Positions 1-12,575 are shown, counted from the first letter of the whole stretch. The stretch is DNA of 61,298 nucleotides, filler included, from Chiloscyllium plagiosum (GCF_004010195.1; 4 parts of one record of this genome joined end to end with filler, not necessarily neighbours in it), one strand, 5' to 3'. A program made the numbers and translations. Notes: generated by a model not told the origin, from the sequence alone.

Positions 1-288
1 TTCCTAACCTGCAATCTTCTTCCTGACCTCTCCGCCCCCACCCCCACTCCGGCCTATCACCTTCACCTTAATCTCCTTCCACCTATCGCATGTCCAATGC
101 CCCTCCCCCAAGTCCCTCCTCCCTATCTTTTATCTTAGCCCGCTTGGCACACTTTCCTCATTCCTGAAGAAGGGCTCATGCCCGAAAAGTCGATTCTCCT
201 GCTCCTTGGATGCTGCCTGACCTGCTGCGCTTTTCCAGCAACACATTTTCATATCTGATCTCCAGCATCTGCAGTCCTCACTTTCTCT
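1..288 (+). mobile_element. Penelope-like element terminal repeat (pLTR) with a near-intact minimal hammerhead motif at about 161-195
   Basis: TTC-CTGAAGA-A-GGGC-TCAT-GCCC-GAAA-AGTC-GATT followed by the recurrent GATGCTGCCTGACCTGCTG...CCAGCATCTGCAG end that also flanks Penelope RT/GIY-YIG sequence elsewhere in the window. Confidence 0.75.
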
Positions 289-289
289 T

Positions 290-1130
290 AAACTTCTAAC
301 AAACCAAATAAACCAACTGTTCCTGAATAATTAAGATTCTAATGGTATGCTGTTCCAATAAATACAAATCCCATTCATATAACAAAACATAGAATTTAGT
401 CTCTCAAAATTATAGCCAGGTTGCATGTCTTTCAGAATGTTCTATGCCTTCTCCATTGATTCTTCTGTGAGGAATACCTTCTCTGTCATTGGTGATTAGA
501 TGATGCTTTCTCAAATAAATAAATAAGATTGTGAGAGCTGATGATTCTCTCTTGAGCTAAGGGCTGTTAGCTTTGGTGGATGGTAGCTTGCGTTGGGGTT
601 TTTGTCCAACTGTCCCTTTCTTTTATACCCTTATGAGATATCAACATTTCTTATTGTAAGATTGATCCTATGTTGTCAAAACTATCAGGTTTAAATTTAA
701 TAGGTTTTTGGTATCTAAGTGTCTGGTTCAAAATGATTGGCTAAATTCAAAAGCTTATCTTGGTTAAAAACTGCTATTTGGTCCTCTAACTGTATGGTGA
801 AAGTGAGAACTGCAGATACTGGAGATTAGAGTTGAGAGTATGGTGCTGGAAAAGAACAGCAGGTCATGAAGCACTCGAGGAGAAGGAGAATTGACATTTA
901 AGGCAAAACCCTTCATCATTCCTGATGAAGGGATTTTCCGGACATGTCGATTGTCCTGTTCCTCAGATATTGCCTGACCTACTGTGCTTTTCCAGCACCA
1001 CACTGCTAATGTATGGCCATTTGATACAAATGTTTCAGATTGGGCTCTCTGTGTACTGGCAAATTCAGGCTGCAACTCAGACATTCGTTTTAAATCTCTA
1101 AGCACAGAAAAAGCATTATCTTTTGAAGAG
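290..1130 (-). mobile_element. LTR-like fragment homologous to 15348-16468
   Basis: Reverse complement of about 600-760 (AAAAACCTATTAAATTTAAACCTGATAGTTTTGACAACATAGGATCAATC) matches about 15580-15630. Confidence 0.55.
798..1004. mobile_element. Degenerate fold-back (palindromic) Penelope-derived element
   Basis: Inverted arms centred on CCCTTCATCATTCCTGATGAAGGG; imperfect flanking duplication CTAA(C)TGTATGG. Confidence 0.7.
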
Positions 1131-1686
1131 ATCACACTGTTCCCTCCCTAGCATTTTACAAACACCAAATTCTAACTTCCTGCCTCCCAATTTGCAACTA
1201 CTGTATGCAACTTCACAACACTACAATTAAAATACAACTAAAGAAAAAAGAACTTGAAATAACATAACTCTATTGGAAAACTTAAGAGTTATAGTTGCAG
1301 TAACTATTACTAGTTAACTGTTCCAATATAGTAACATCCCATAAACAACCCTTTGGCAAAAGACAAATTCAGAAAACAGATTTGTCTCACATGCAATCCA
1401 GCATCCCAGGGAGAGAACTCCTAGCTTTTCACTATAATCGAGAGGGAAAAATAGCTTCCACTTCGTCAAGACCCTAACAACAACTGCTGCTGAAAACTAA
1501 AATTCCCTTTTTATGTCAGAGCTTGACTGCGCCATTTCAGGCTTCTTCTGCTGTTCTAGCTTAAAACAAAACACTCAAGGGTTCACAGGTTGTTAATTTC
1601 CTTATAGACTGCTCATCCTTTGTCCCACAATTTCTGTCTAAAAGAAACCAGGACAGAATATATCTCTTAAAGCTAACATTGTCACA
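1130..1686 (-). mobile_element. Possible LTR fragment of a second family
   Basis: Minus strand begins TGTGACAATG at 1686; LTR-like composition; no second copy in the window. Confidence 0.3.
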
Positions 1687-3036
1687 CCCTACATATCACT
1701 ATGCATTAGCTTAAATTAACACTGTGTAAAAGCAGTGTTACACCTGACTTTGCTTGTTTTCTGGATGGCCAGGTTAGAAGTCCACAGAGTTAGGTTTCTT
1801 TAGTTGAAAAACACAGCTGTCAGTTAAATTCTGAGCAGTATCACACCAAAAGGATTTTCATTAGCATGCCTCATTTCTATGTTGATTGTCCACCTGGAAA
1901 ATAATTTTATTCTGATAGTTGATTTTGAATTTGAAAATAAAAATCTTACATTGGGGTAAAAATTGATCATTATTATCATATAGGACATCAGATTGTTCCT
2001 AATAAAACTCGGCACAGGTAAGTAGTTGCAACCAGGTGAACTAATTTGAACCAGCATTGTTCTATGCTTTCCAGAAAATCAAAGCATGAGACCCTTGTGC
2101 CTGTTTTAGTCCCATATCAGCTTATTAGTCAAAGATATGTATTGACAGTGGCCTAGTGAACTTCTGATGTGCCTGACATCATGGTAACTCGCTGTACTCC
2201 TCCCAACCTATCAATCCTAGGAAACTGTAAGCAAACTCAATACTTTCTGAATGGTGATTGCCCCATCTGCTGCAGGAGGCTTCATAAGCGTTCTTCCTCT
2301 TACTCAAAGTGACCAATTATTTTAGCATTCTACCAGATAAATAACGTTGTATTAGTTGCCAAGATGTTGGAGAAATTGGAAATTAACCATCTCTTTAATT
2401 TGGACACATATTTATAAGAATTCTGGGGAAATACTGTCTGAACAAGTGAACTTTTTTTTCCAGGTTTGGTTGTCAATGTTGCTGTTTTGTCTAGAATAAT
2501 AGATCAGACGAAATATATTGATGCACATTTGTTAAAAAGCTTTTGCATCTCCTGATATTGAAAACCATTGGTCAGCTGTGCTTTTGAGATTTATTTTTAA
2601 TGGAATATTGTTGGCTTCAATCTGATGGTCATCCCATAACTAAAGATGGAATTTGCCAAGTTAGTGCAACAAATCTCAGGCTTTCCTCTTTGAATGAGTG
2701 AAATTAGTTTTCACCACAAGCCTGTTCCATTCCTCGTGCTTCACTGAGTTCAACCAATTCAGCATTGCATTGACGGTGGCTAGGTTAGTTTTTAAGGAGC
2801 AATCCAGATAGTGACTACATTTTTTTTCATCCAGCAAGGAGCATATGTTTTTTTGATAAATCCTAAAGAGATACAGTACTTTTTGACAGCTTTAACAGTT
2901 CTTATAAATCAATTGAAGATATTATTTTTAATGATATGACAATATTAATCTATTTAACCCACGCTGAATCTAAGAAATGTGGAAAACTAATGATATAATT
3001 TTGTGTCAATACAAAGACCTGATTTTTTTTGCATAG

Positions 3037-3134
3037 ATGTAGAGTGTCTTCAGCTTAGCCAAAATGATGACAGAGTGCTTATTCAGGAAGTCCCAGCTCC
3101 AAGTCCAACATCTGCCATTTACTCTGGGGAATAG
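3037..3134 (+). CDS. Candidate terminal coding exon of an unidentified gene, (D)VECLQLSQNDDRVLIQEVPAPSPTSAIYSGE*
   Basis: Polypyrimidine tract plus AG (TTTTTTTTGCATAG, 3023-3036); open phase-1 frame to TAG at 3132-3134; non-repetitive context; AATAAA downstream (about 3414 and 3515). Confidence 0.35.
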
Positions 3135-3639
3135 AAGGAGTGGCCAGGTTCCACTTTGCACACCTGTGGTTCAATGAAGGAAATGAAAATATTGAAATAT
3201 GATTGCATTCAGGTCAAATCCAATTACCATTAGTGGCTTGTCCAAAATATCAGATCTTGCAGTAAAATGTCTAAAGCTGCCCAAGACTATCTTTGGAGAG
3301 GTACTTCTCTTTTGTAGATGTAGGGTACACAATGGGATAGGTGAAGGGACACCTAAGAGAGAGGTAAAATGGAATATGAGATTGTTAAAATTAGTCATAA
3401 CCTGTGAAAAATCAATAAACCTGAGATGTCAAACATATTAGAACTGTTAAGCTGTCAAGTCACTTAAAATTCCTGGCCATTAAAGTGTTGGAAAAAAAAC
3501 TACCTACAACTTTTAATAAATTCAATGCTTGCTATTTTTCTCTGTTGACATAATCCTGGGTCTTTCACAGAATAAATCCCAGACTGATGGTCTATCATGT
3601 CTTCAGCAACTTTACAAATGAGCATCATGACTTAATGTC

Positions 3640-3950
3640 GTTTTCCTGCCTTTTTCCTATCGTTGCACATTGTTCCTCTTTAAATAGCCATTCAATACCA
3701 CTTTGAATCTCTCAATTGAACCTGGCTCCATCACACTGCTAGGCAGTGCATTTCAAACTCGCTCATTGTGGTGGGGGATAAAAAATGTTTGCTTCTCTTG
3801 CATCACTTTAAATCTGGACCTGCTTGTTAACCCTTTTATGAACAGGAATAGTTTCTCTTCATCTATTCCATCCAGCTCCTTTGTGATTTTGAAAACTTTT
3901 ATCAGATCTCCTCTTGTCCTTTTTCTCTACAAGGAGTAGAGTCTCAATCT
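3640..3950 (-). mobile_element. Old CR1 LINE 3' fragment
   Basis: Reverse strand resembles the CR1 ORF2 C-terminal region (GDLIKVFKI-type motif). Confidence 0.55.
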
Positions 3951-4559
3951 CTCATGTTAAAGCATTTGTGCTTCACGACTAATTTCACAACCTATCTCAG
4001 CACATTATATTGATTGACAGCTCCAAACGCCTGAAGTGCTTTGAAGAGGGGTAATGAATACAACTGCTTGTTTTTATAGCTACATCTATTGCCAATGCCA
4101 CATGCATGTGCAATTTCAAAGTGTCACAGTGTTATGTACTAGATGTCTGGATAGCAGCTTCCAGTAATAAACTCAGCTAATATCTGCACAGGATGGAAAG
4201 TTTGGAGCATTCCTGGCAATTCTTCCAAGCTGAAACAGTGGTGGTAAAATGGCACATTCATACATGTAGAAACTATTAAATCAATCATGCCTCCACCTTT
4301 TAAACAAATTACAATCACACCCAGCCAAGTCACCCTATAATCTATTTGGGTTAAGTGTTGTCATCAGCATATGCAGAGTGAAACTGACCATACCTGAAAG
4401 GCTGGCATTAAAGTCTGATGAAGACTGTATGCTTGTGCTGACCACTGCGTATGTGCGGATCATTCTTAGCTAAAGCAATTAAAGGAAGTTAAATGTACTG
4501 AATGTGTTTTTATCAGTGAAAGTGTTTATTTTTAAAATAATGAACTCATCAATTGAGGT

Positions 4560-4760
4560 GGTGGTGGTATGGTGATATTGTCACAGGATCAGTAATCCAG
4601 TGACCCTGGGGTCGTGGCTTGAATCCCACCACTACAGATTGTGGCATTTCGATTCAATTAATAAATCTTTGAATTAAATTGCTAGTGATGAAATGATTGT
4701 CATTTAAAAAAAAAAATCTTCAATAATGTTCTTTGGGGATGGAAAATTTGCAATTCTTAC
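4560..4760 (+). mobile_element. Degenerate tRNA-derived SINE (DeuSINE/SacSINE1-like)
   Basis: A/B-box-like head (GTGGTATGGTG...TTGAATCCCACC) and body similar to 9360-9580. Confidence 0.4.
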
Positions 4761-4919
4761 GAAGTCTGATACAAGAAATGAAACTAGATGGACAACCCAG
4801 CATCAACAAAGATACCAGAAATGATAATGACACACATAGCTCTGCTGACCCTCCTTACGAGTATGTTATGGTTGTGTCAAAATTTGGGAAAGCTATCTCA
4901 CAGATTAGTTAATCCACAA

Positions 4920-5560
4920 GTAACATAAAGTTTACAGAATTATGGTTACTGTTCCCAAAGTACTCTTCTACTGAAACTTTTACCCTAATACCAGGTCTAG
5001 TATGACACCTTCCCGAGTTTGACGTATTACTTCAAAAAGAATTCCTAGATACATCTAACAAATTAACCCCCATCCTAGTCCCTGGCACTAAGCAAGTCCC
5101 AGTCAATATAGGGGAAGTTAAAATCTCCTATCACAACAACCCTGTTGTTTTTACATTTTCCATAATCTGTCCACATATCTTCTCCTCTATCATCTGTTAG
5201 CTTTTGGGAGGCTTGTAGTACAACCCCATCAAAGTGATTGATTGCATCCGTCCCATGTTTGAGTTCTACCCATATAGCCTCGCAGGATGAGCCCTTCAAG
5301 GCATCCCCCTTAGTGAAAATATGATATTCCCCTTTTATTAGTGACACAACACTCCCATCTCTTTTACATCCTTTTCTAACTTGCTTGAAGCATCTAAATT
5401 TTGGAATGTTAAGCTACTAGTCATGTCCCTCTCTCAACAAATTCTCTAAAGTAGTGACAATATTAGAATACATGTATTAATTCAAGTTCTAAGTTCATCT
5501 GCTTTAATTGTCATACTCCCCACATCAAAACAAATACACTTCAGACTCCTGTGTGTAGTA
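4920..5560 (-). mobile_element. CR1 LINE ORF2 endonuclease fragment
   Basis: ORF 5075-5347 contains EAIWVEL...NNRVVVIGDFNFPYIDW (APE endonuclease GDFN motif). Confidence 0.75.
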
Positions 5561-7149
5561 ACCTTTCTCTGTTAGTTCTTTCACTGGCCTTAATCTCTGA
5601 CTCCTCTTCAGTCATTTAACTTGCTGATTTACTGCTCTGGTTCCCCCACTCCTATACCTGCTTTAATGCAATTCTCTGAGGAGAAATATCGTATAGAACC
5701 TTACTACAACTTCTACATTGATTACAACAGGAAAATCTCATCCACTTAAAAGCTGTTTCAATTAAAGTTTCACTTTTCAGGAAGACAACTGCGACCTTAA
5801 GATTATACAAATAGTATATGCCCAAACTGGTGAAATTGTTGTATAAAATTATTGATTCATTTATTCTAATATTTTGAAACTAAAGTAATCATTCTGTGTT
5901 GCACACTGTAGCACTGAAGGGCAGGAAATTAAGATAGAACTAATTCATTAATATATGACAGCAATGAGAGAACAAGAGTCTGAGAAGCTGAAAGTGTGAA
6001 GTTGAGCTGAGTGAATTTAAGAGCCACAATCTGGTGTGATTGTGTGTTAATGCTGGTTGTGGGTATAACTGAGGCTTTGCATGAATTGTGCTGATTGCAT
6101 TCTTGACATTGTAGATGAACTGCATTGTGATAGTTAAATCAAGAATGGGTCTAAAGAAAGTTGACTGAATTTCTGAATGAGTCATCAAGCTGCAATTATA
6201 AAGTAAATGGGTGGAGAAGCACTAATAGACAAGTCGGATAAACTAACAAAATGAGTTTTTAGCCAAGTGAGAAACTTGGTGGGAGAAGTATAGAGCTGAG
6301 ACTTACAGGTCTGTGTCTGTGAGAGAACAATAGGTGAATAAACTTATTCTAGAACTAGTATTTATTAACACAGCAATTGGGATTATAGAAATCTAGTTTA
6401 TTGTGTGAGCTACAATGTCTACAGAATGATACATCTGCAAAGGACTGACAAGAAATACATATAAGAACTAGACTGTTGTATTACTTCAATGAGAAACAGC
6501 TCAAAGGTCAGCTTTGAAAGCTCAGAAAGATAGAACACCAAAAACAATATGCATTGATAAAGCACTTTTAACATTGTAAAACATCCAAAGGCTTATCAAA
6601 TACGTGTTATTGAAAACAATTATCATTAGACCTCACAAGCTCCTCATCAGCTCTTGCCTTCATAACAGCCTTGATTCAAACAAGGACAAAAGAACTGAAC
6701 TTTAGTGGGGATGCAAGAGTGATTGCTGTTGACACCAGACCAAATTCAACCAAGTGTGCTATTAAGGATCTCTAGCAAAACTAGGGTCAGTGAGAATCAG
6801 GGGAAAATATCTCCACTGGTTGGAATTGTACCTGTCACATAGAAAGATGATTGTAGTAATTGGAGATAGTTAACTCTAGGATATCTCGAAAGGAGTTCCT
6901 TAAGGTAGTTTCCTCAGCCCGATCATTTTCAACTGCTTCACCAACAACATTCCCTCCATCATAAGGTTATGAATGATTGCAATGATTGCAAAATGTTCAG
7001 CACCATTCGCAATTCCACAGATTCTAGAACATAAAACATAGAAACATAGAACATTCTAAAACATGGGTCCCTATGCCGCAAGACTTGGACAATAACCAAG
7101 TAACATTTGTGCCACTCAAATGCCAGACAATGACCATCTCCAACTAGAG

Positions 7150-7360
7150 GAGAAAGTGAGGTCTGCAGATGCTGGAGATCAGAGCTGGAAATGTGTTGCT
7201 GGAAAAGCACAGCAGGTCAGGCAGCATCCAGAGAACAGGAGAATCGACGTTTCGGGCATAAGCCCTTCCTGAAGAAGGGCTTATGCCCGAAACGTCGATT
7301 CTCCTGTTCCCTGGATGCTGCCTGACCTGCTGCGCTTTTCCAGCAACACATTTCCAGCTC
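7150..7360. mobile_element. Fold-back Penelope-derived short element with a central hammerhead and 16-bp TSD
   Basis: Near-perfect inverted repeat centred at about 7270; TSD CCATCTCCAACTAGAG at 7134-7149 and 7361-7376. Confidence 0.85.
7266..7300 (+). ncRNA. Minimal type I hammerhead ribozyme motif
   Basis: CTGAAGA-A-GGGC-TTAT-GCCC-GAAA-CGTC-GA: CUGANGA and GAAA cores, stem II, palindromic ACGT stem III, GUC triplet. Confidence 0.7.
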
Positions 7361-8074
7361 CCATCTCCAACTAGAGACAATTTAACACTTAATGGCTTTG
7401 CCATCACTGAAATCCTCAGGATGTTAATAGTGAGGCATAGCATTGACCAGAAACTGAACTGGGCTAGTCATACAAAATAATATGGCTGCAAGAGCATGCC
7501 ATAAGCTAGTATGCTGCAATGAGTAACTTAGCTTCTGACTCCCCAGAGCCTGTCCACCATCTACAAAGCACAAGTCAGGAATATAATGGAATGCCCCCAT
7601 TTGTCTAGATGAATGCAGCCCCAAAATCACTGAGGAACTTGATACAATCCAGGACAAAGGAGCAAACATCCACAAACATCCACTCCTTCCACCAACGATG
7701 CTAAGTAGCAGCAATACGTACCAACTGCAATAATTCAGTTGTTAGACAGTACCCTCCAAACCCATGAATATGTCCACCTAGTGGGACAAGAAAAGCACAA
7801 ACATGGGAATACCACCACAGTTTCCCTCCAAGTCACTCATCATCCTGAACTGGAAATGTTTCACTGTTCTTTCAGTGTCAGTGGGTAAAAATCCTGCAAC
7901 TCTCTCCCCAACATCATTGGGTTAGCTACTCCAAATGGACTGCCGTTTTCAATAAGGCAGTTATCCACTACCTTCCCAAGGGAAACTAAGGATAGGTAGT
8001 AAGTGTGATCCAGCTAGCAATACCCACATCTTGTGAATGTATTTGAAAAAAAGGAGATACTGGGGCAAAAGTTT

Positions 8075-8880
8075 GATCAGCAATGGGCAGAGAAGTGGCA
8101 GATGGAGTTAAATTTAGATAAAAGTGAGGTGCTGCATTTTGGAAAGCAAATCAGGGCAGGATTTATATACTTAATGGTAAAGTCCAGGGGACTGTTGCTG
8201 AACAAAAAGACCTTGGAGTGCAGGTTCATAGTTCCTTGAAAGTGGAGTCACATGTAGATAGGATAGTGAAGAAGGTATTTGGTCAAAGCATTGAGTATAG
8301 GAATTAGGAGGTCATGTTGCAGTAGTATAGGACATTGATTAAACCACTTTTGGAATATTGTGTGCAACTCCTATTGGAAGAATGTTATGAAATTGGAAAA
8401 GGTTCAGAAAAGATTTGCAAGGACGTTGCCAAGGTTGGAGGATTTGAGCTCTAGGGAGAGGGTGAACAGGCAGGGGCTGTTTTCCCTGGAGCGTCAGAGG
8501 CTGACAGGTGACCTCATAGAGATTTGTAAGACCATGAGGGGCATGGATAGGATAAATAGACAAGGTCTTTTCCCTGGGGTGGGGGAGTCCAGAACTAGAG
8601 GGCATAGATTCGGGGTGAGAGGGGAAAGGTATAAAAGAAACCCAAGGGGCAATTTTTTTGACAGAGGGTGGTGCATGTTTGGAATGAGACGCCTGAGGAA
8701 GTCGAGGCTAGTACAATTACATTGTTTAAAAAGCATCTAGATTGGTATATGAATAGGAAGTGTTTCGAGTGATATGGGCCAAGCGCTGGCAAATGACTAG
8801 ATTAGTTTAGGATATGTGATCAGTATGGATAAGTTGGACTGAAGGGTCAGTTTCTATATTGTACATCTCTATGACTCTAT
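8075..8880 (+). mobile_element. CR1 (HER1-like) LINE 3' end
   Basis: QWAEKWQMELNLDKSEVLHFG; LEKVQKRFARTLP...RTRGHRF; tail CTCTATGACTCTAT. Confidence 0.9.
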
Positions 8881-9359
8881 AAAATGGATGTTTTTAAAGA
8901 CCATTTTTGTGAGCTAGAAAGGTGAAGAGGCAGGAGCAGAATTCCAGAGGGTGAAGGCCCAGGCAGCTGAGGTTTCCTCTATTATGGTCAAGTGATTCAA
9001 ATCGGGGTACTCAAGAGGCCAGTTGGAAGATTTTAGATATCCTTGAGATTTGTAGGCTTGAACACGTTACACTAAAGCATGGGAGCAGCCATGGAAAGAT
9101 TTTTAAAAGGTATGAAAATTGTAACATCAACATGTTGCCAGGCCAAAGGCTTGTAGCTCTACAAGCATAGTGATAATGGGAATTTTCAAGTTTGGTGATA
9201 AAAGTTATTTCCTAGAAGATGGTCATCACAGCCAGGATTGAGAATGTCACCTCACAGGAGGTGAAGTGGGTGCTGGCCCACAGAGGTAGCTGGAGAATGT
9301 GTCAGGATGCAATACAAAAAAATTCTCTGTTTAAATTTGTTCAATCCTGATATCTATAA

Positions 9360-9580
9360 TATGAATTTTAAAAATCTGGAATTGAGAATCGAATGATGCC
9401 ATGAATCCATTGTCGATTGTTGGGAAAACCCATGTGATTCAGTAACATCCTTTAGGGAAGGAATTCTGCTATCCTCACCTCGAGTATGGTTGACTCTTAA
9501 CTGCCCTCTGGGCAATTAGGGATGGAAGTGAAATTCTGGTTTAGCCAGCGGCACCCTCATTTCATGAATGAATATATAAA
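9360..9580 (+). mobile_element. SINE body/tail (DeuSINE-like)
   Basis: CCTTTAGGGAAGGAA...GGGCAATTAGGGATGG...ATGAATGAAT, sharing its tail with the LINE at 6620-8050. Confidence 0.4.
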
Positions 9581-9865
9581 AAAAGATAAAGTGAAATGAC
9601 CAGATAGCAAATGTTTAACTCTGAATTTACTCACAGAAAGGGTAATTTGACAATCTGTGAGGATTAGACGTAGGGACATGGCATTTAAATCTCACTAAGA
9701 AGAGGTGCATGTGAGGTTTGTACCGAAGGCTTTTCTGAATCTTAAGAATGTTAGATTTTTTTAAAAAGTACAGATCAGAATGTTTCTGTTGATTAGATTT
9801 TGTAATCAAAAATCCCAATTTTTTTTTTACTTAACCTCATTCTCACCTCCATTGGGATAACAGAA

Positions 9866-11315
9866 TGTTGTTGTGGTTCTGTTCGCCGGGCTGGGAGTTT
9901 GTGTTGCAAACGTTTCGTCCCCTGTCTAGGTGACATCCTCAGTGCTTGGGAGCCTCCTGTGAAGCGCTTCTGTGGTGTTTCCTCCGGCATTTATAGTGGC
10001 CTGTCCCTGCCGCTTCCGGTTGTCAGTTTCAGCTGTCCGCTGTAGTGGCCGGTATATTGGGTCCAGGTCTATGTGTTTGTTGATGGAGTTTGTGGATAAG
10101 TGCCAAGCTTCTAGGAATTCCCTGGCTGTTCTTTGTTTGGCTTGCCCTCTGAGTGTGGCTGTTGGTTTGTGTGCTGTTATAAGTCCTAGTGGTCGCAGTA
10201 GTCTGGCTGTCATTTCAGAGATGTTCTTGATGTATGGTAGTGTGGCTAGTCCTTTGGGTTGCGGCATGTCCTCGTTCTGTTGTCTTTCTCTTAGGCATCT
10301 GTTGATGAAATTGCAAGGATATCCGTTTTTTGCGGATACCTTGTATAGGTGTTCCTCTTCATCTTTTTGCAGTTCTGGTGTGCTGCAGTGTGTTGTGGCC
10401 CTTTTGAATAGTGTCTTGATGCAATTTCGTTTGTGTGTATTGGGGTGGTTGCTTTCATAGTTCATGACTTGGTCTGTGTGTGTGGCTTTCCTGTGTACCT
10501 TAGTGGTGAATTCTCTGTTTGGTGTTCTCTGTACCCTCACGTCTAGGAATGGGAGTTGGTTGTCCTTTTCTTCCTCTCTCGTGAATCGGATTCTTGTGAG
10601 TGTGGAGTTGATGATCCAGTGTGTATTCTCTATTTCCGTGTTTTTAATGATTACATAGATGTCATCAACGTATCTGACCCAGAGTTTGGGTTGAATTTGT
10701 GGTAAGACTGTTTGTTCTAACCTTTGCATTACTGCTTCTGCTATGAGTCTCGAAATCGGTGAGTCCATGGGTGTTTCCGTTGATTTGTTCATATACCTGG
10801 TTGTTGAATGTGAAGTGTGTTGTGAGGCACAAGTCCAGTAGTTTAAGTATGCCGTCTTTGTTGATGAGTTCAACGTTCTGTTGTGTCTGTTCAGCAGGTT
10901 GGCTATTGTTTCTCTGGCTAGGGCTTTGTCAATAGACGTGAACAGTGCTGTTACGTCGAATGAGACAATGGATTCTTCCTTGTCTATGTGTATATTTCTG
11001 ATGATGTCCAAGAATTCCTGTGTTGATTGTATAGAGTGTCTGAATCCGCTGATCAAGTGTTTCAGTTTCTGCTGTAGTTCTTTCGCCAGTTTGTGTGATG
11101 GTGTCCCTGGTAGTGATACTATGGGTCTGAGGGGGATGTCTGGTTTGTGCACTTTAGGTAGTCCATAGAATCTGGGGGTGTTGTTGCTTTCAGGTTTCAT
11201 TCTTTGTAGGTCCGACCTGGTTATCTGTCCGTTTTTTTTTTTGTAGGTTCCTCAGTGTGTTGTTTATCCTATTGGTGAGCTGTGGGGTGGGGTCAAACTC
11301 CCTCTTTTGGTATGT
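9866..11315 (-). mobile_element. Penelope-like element: RT pseudogene with frameshift and internally deleted GIY-YIG region
   Basis: ORF 9926-11200: PRFYGLPKVHK, SFDVTALFTSI, WVRYVDD, LPFLDV; jumps from PTATLR to AREFLEAWH, so the GIY-YIG core is missing. Confidence 0.9.
9906..9945 (-). ncRNA. Minimal hammerhead ribozyme motif (second family) at the Penelope 3' end
   Basis: Minus strand GCA-CTGAGGA-T-GTCACCT-AGAC-AGGGGAC-GAAA-CGTT-TGC; stem I GCA/TGC, GUU triplet. Confidence 0.7.
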
Positions 11316-11329
11316 GTGTCATTCCCCCC

Positions 11330-11600
11330 CCATTCTATTTTGATTTAATTCCTGCCCCCCCCACCCAACCCATCCCTTCACTGTTTGATCACGCAGCATT
11401 GCCCTTTGTCGAGAAGGGCATTGCTTATCACTAGCCACTCTGGTGTTTCCTTTCTTCCTGGTGGCGGGATATCAATAAAGACTTACTCACTTGTTGTTCT
11501 TCAGTGTGTCTGACTCCTCCACACACATGACATGGATGCTAGGGAAACATAAGCACTACCGCTGTTAGGTGGTAGTGTGGAGGAAAGTTTAAAAAAAGAT
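11330..11600 (+). mobile_element. 3' end of an A-tailed non-LTR retroelement (same family as 51338-51537)
   Basis: Shared TCTTCCTGGTGG, AATAAAGA, CACTACCG...GGTGGTAGTG hairpin and A-rich tail. Confidence 0.6.
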
Positions 11601-12248
11601 AAAATATAAATGGGAGTGTCATACCTCCCAAATGTCAGATATACTGTTCATTTTGACAGCTGGTTCTGAGGGAGTTGGAACAGTGTCAACAACTCTACAC
11701 TTGTCAGTAGAGGACGACTTTGTGACAGGATATTGGCCTCTGTGGAATTATTTCAGTGGCAATGAGAGAAAAGCATGCTCCTGAACAAATTCACTCATAA
11801 TAATAGAGCTGATGTAAGCATTTCTGGCTGTTATTTAGGAAGTTTGACTCATTCAATCCTATTGTTGAAGACTGGACTTAGTATGTGGAAAACATGCACT
11901 AATATTTCCAGACAAATGGCACTGGGGCAGAAGAAAAGCAACAAGTAATTCTCTTGACAGCTTGTTTGGTTGTTAAGTGACTAACCTTCTCTGAGACACT
12001 GGCTAGTAAAACCTTTGAAGAATTGATGGATTTATTTAAAGAATATTACAACCCAAGCCTCCTCTAATCAGTAATTCAAGAATCATGGATATCCGTATCG
12101 AGATTTTTGACTTGGTTACGATAACTGGCAGAGGGATATGGCTTAGGTTTAATTTTTAATGAGATGCTGAGACACCATTTGGTTTGTGGGATTAACGATA
12201 CAAAAGCATCTACTAGTCCAACTGGACTCAAAAGGGACTACAACTTTT

Positions 12249-12575
12249 GTGGGCGGCACGGTGGCACAGTGGTTAGCACTGCTGCCTCACAGCGCCAGAG
12301 ACCCGGGTTCAATTCCCGCCTCAGGCGACTGACTGTGTGGAGTTTGCACATTCTCCCCGTGTCTGCGTGGGTTTCCTCCGGGTACTCCGGTTTCCTCCCA
12401 CAATCACAAAGATGTGCAGGTCAGGTGAATTGGCCATGCTAAATTGCCCGTAGTGTTAGGTAAGGGGTAAATGCAGGGGTATGGGTGGGTTGCGCTTCGG
12501 CGGGGGCGGTGTGGACTTGTTGGGCCGAAGGGCCTGTTTCCACACTGTAAGTAATCTATCTAAAATCTAATCTAA
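12249..12575 (+). mobile_element. HE1-type tRNA-derived SINE inserted in Gypsy gag
   Basis: GGCGGCACGGTGGCACAGTGGTTAGCACTGCTGCCTCACAGC head, TGTGTGGAGTTTGCACATTCTCCCCGTG core, (TCTAA)n tail. Confidence 0.9.

Larger units (their letters stand above)
6620..8050 (+). mobile_element. CR1/L2-group LINE 3' part (decayed RT and 3' tail)
   Basis: GGAGTTCCTTAAGGTAG (GVPQGS-like), ATTGACCAGAAACTGAACTGG; tail similar to that of the SINE at 9360-9580. Confidence 0.65.

Noticed and set aside
2464..2555. Acceptor-like TTTTTTTTCCAG with a short ORF
   Set aside because: No donor site or recognisable peptide; chance in AT-rich DNA
4414..4442. TGATGA...CTGA C/D-box snoRNA-like motif
   Set aside because: Too short (under 30 nt), with no convincing terminal stem or guide
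7150..7360. MITE or pre-miRNA interpretation of the hairpins
   Set aside because: Arms equal Penelope termini, are asymmetric, and have long variable TSDs
9972..10460. 162-aa plus-strand ORF
   Set aside because: Antisense shadow of the Penelope RT ORF
12249..12320. tRNA-like sequence
   Set aside because: It is the head of an HE1 SINE and continues into the SINE body; not a tRNA gene
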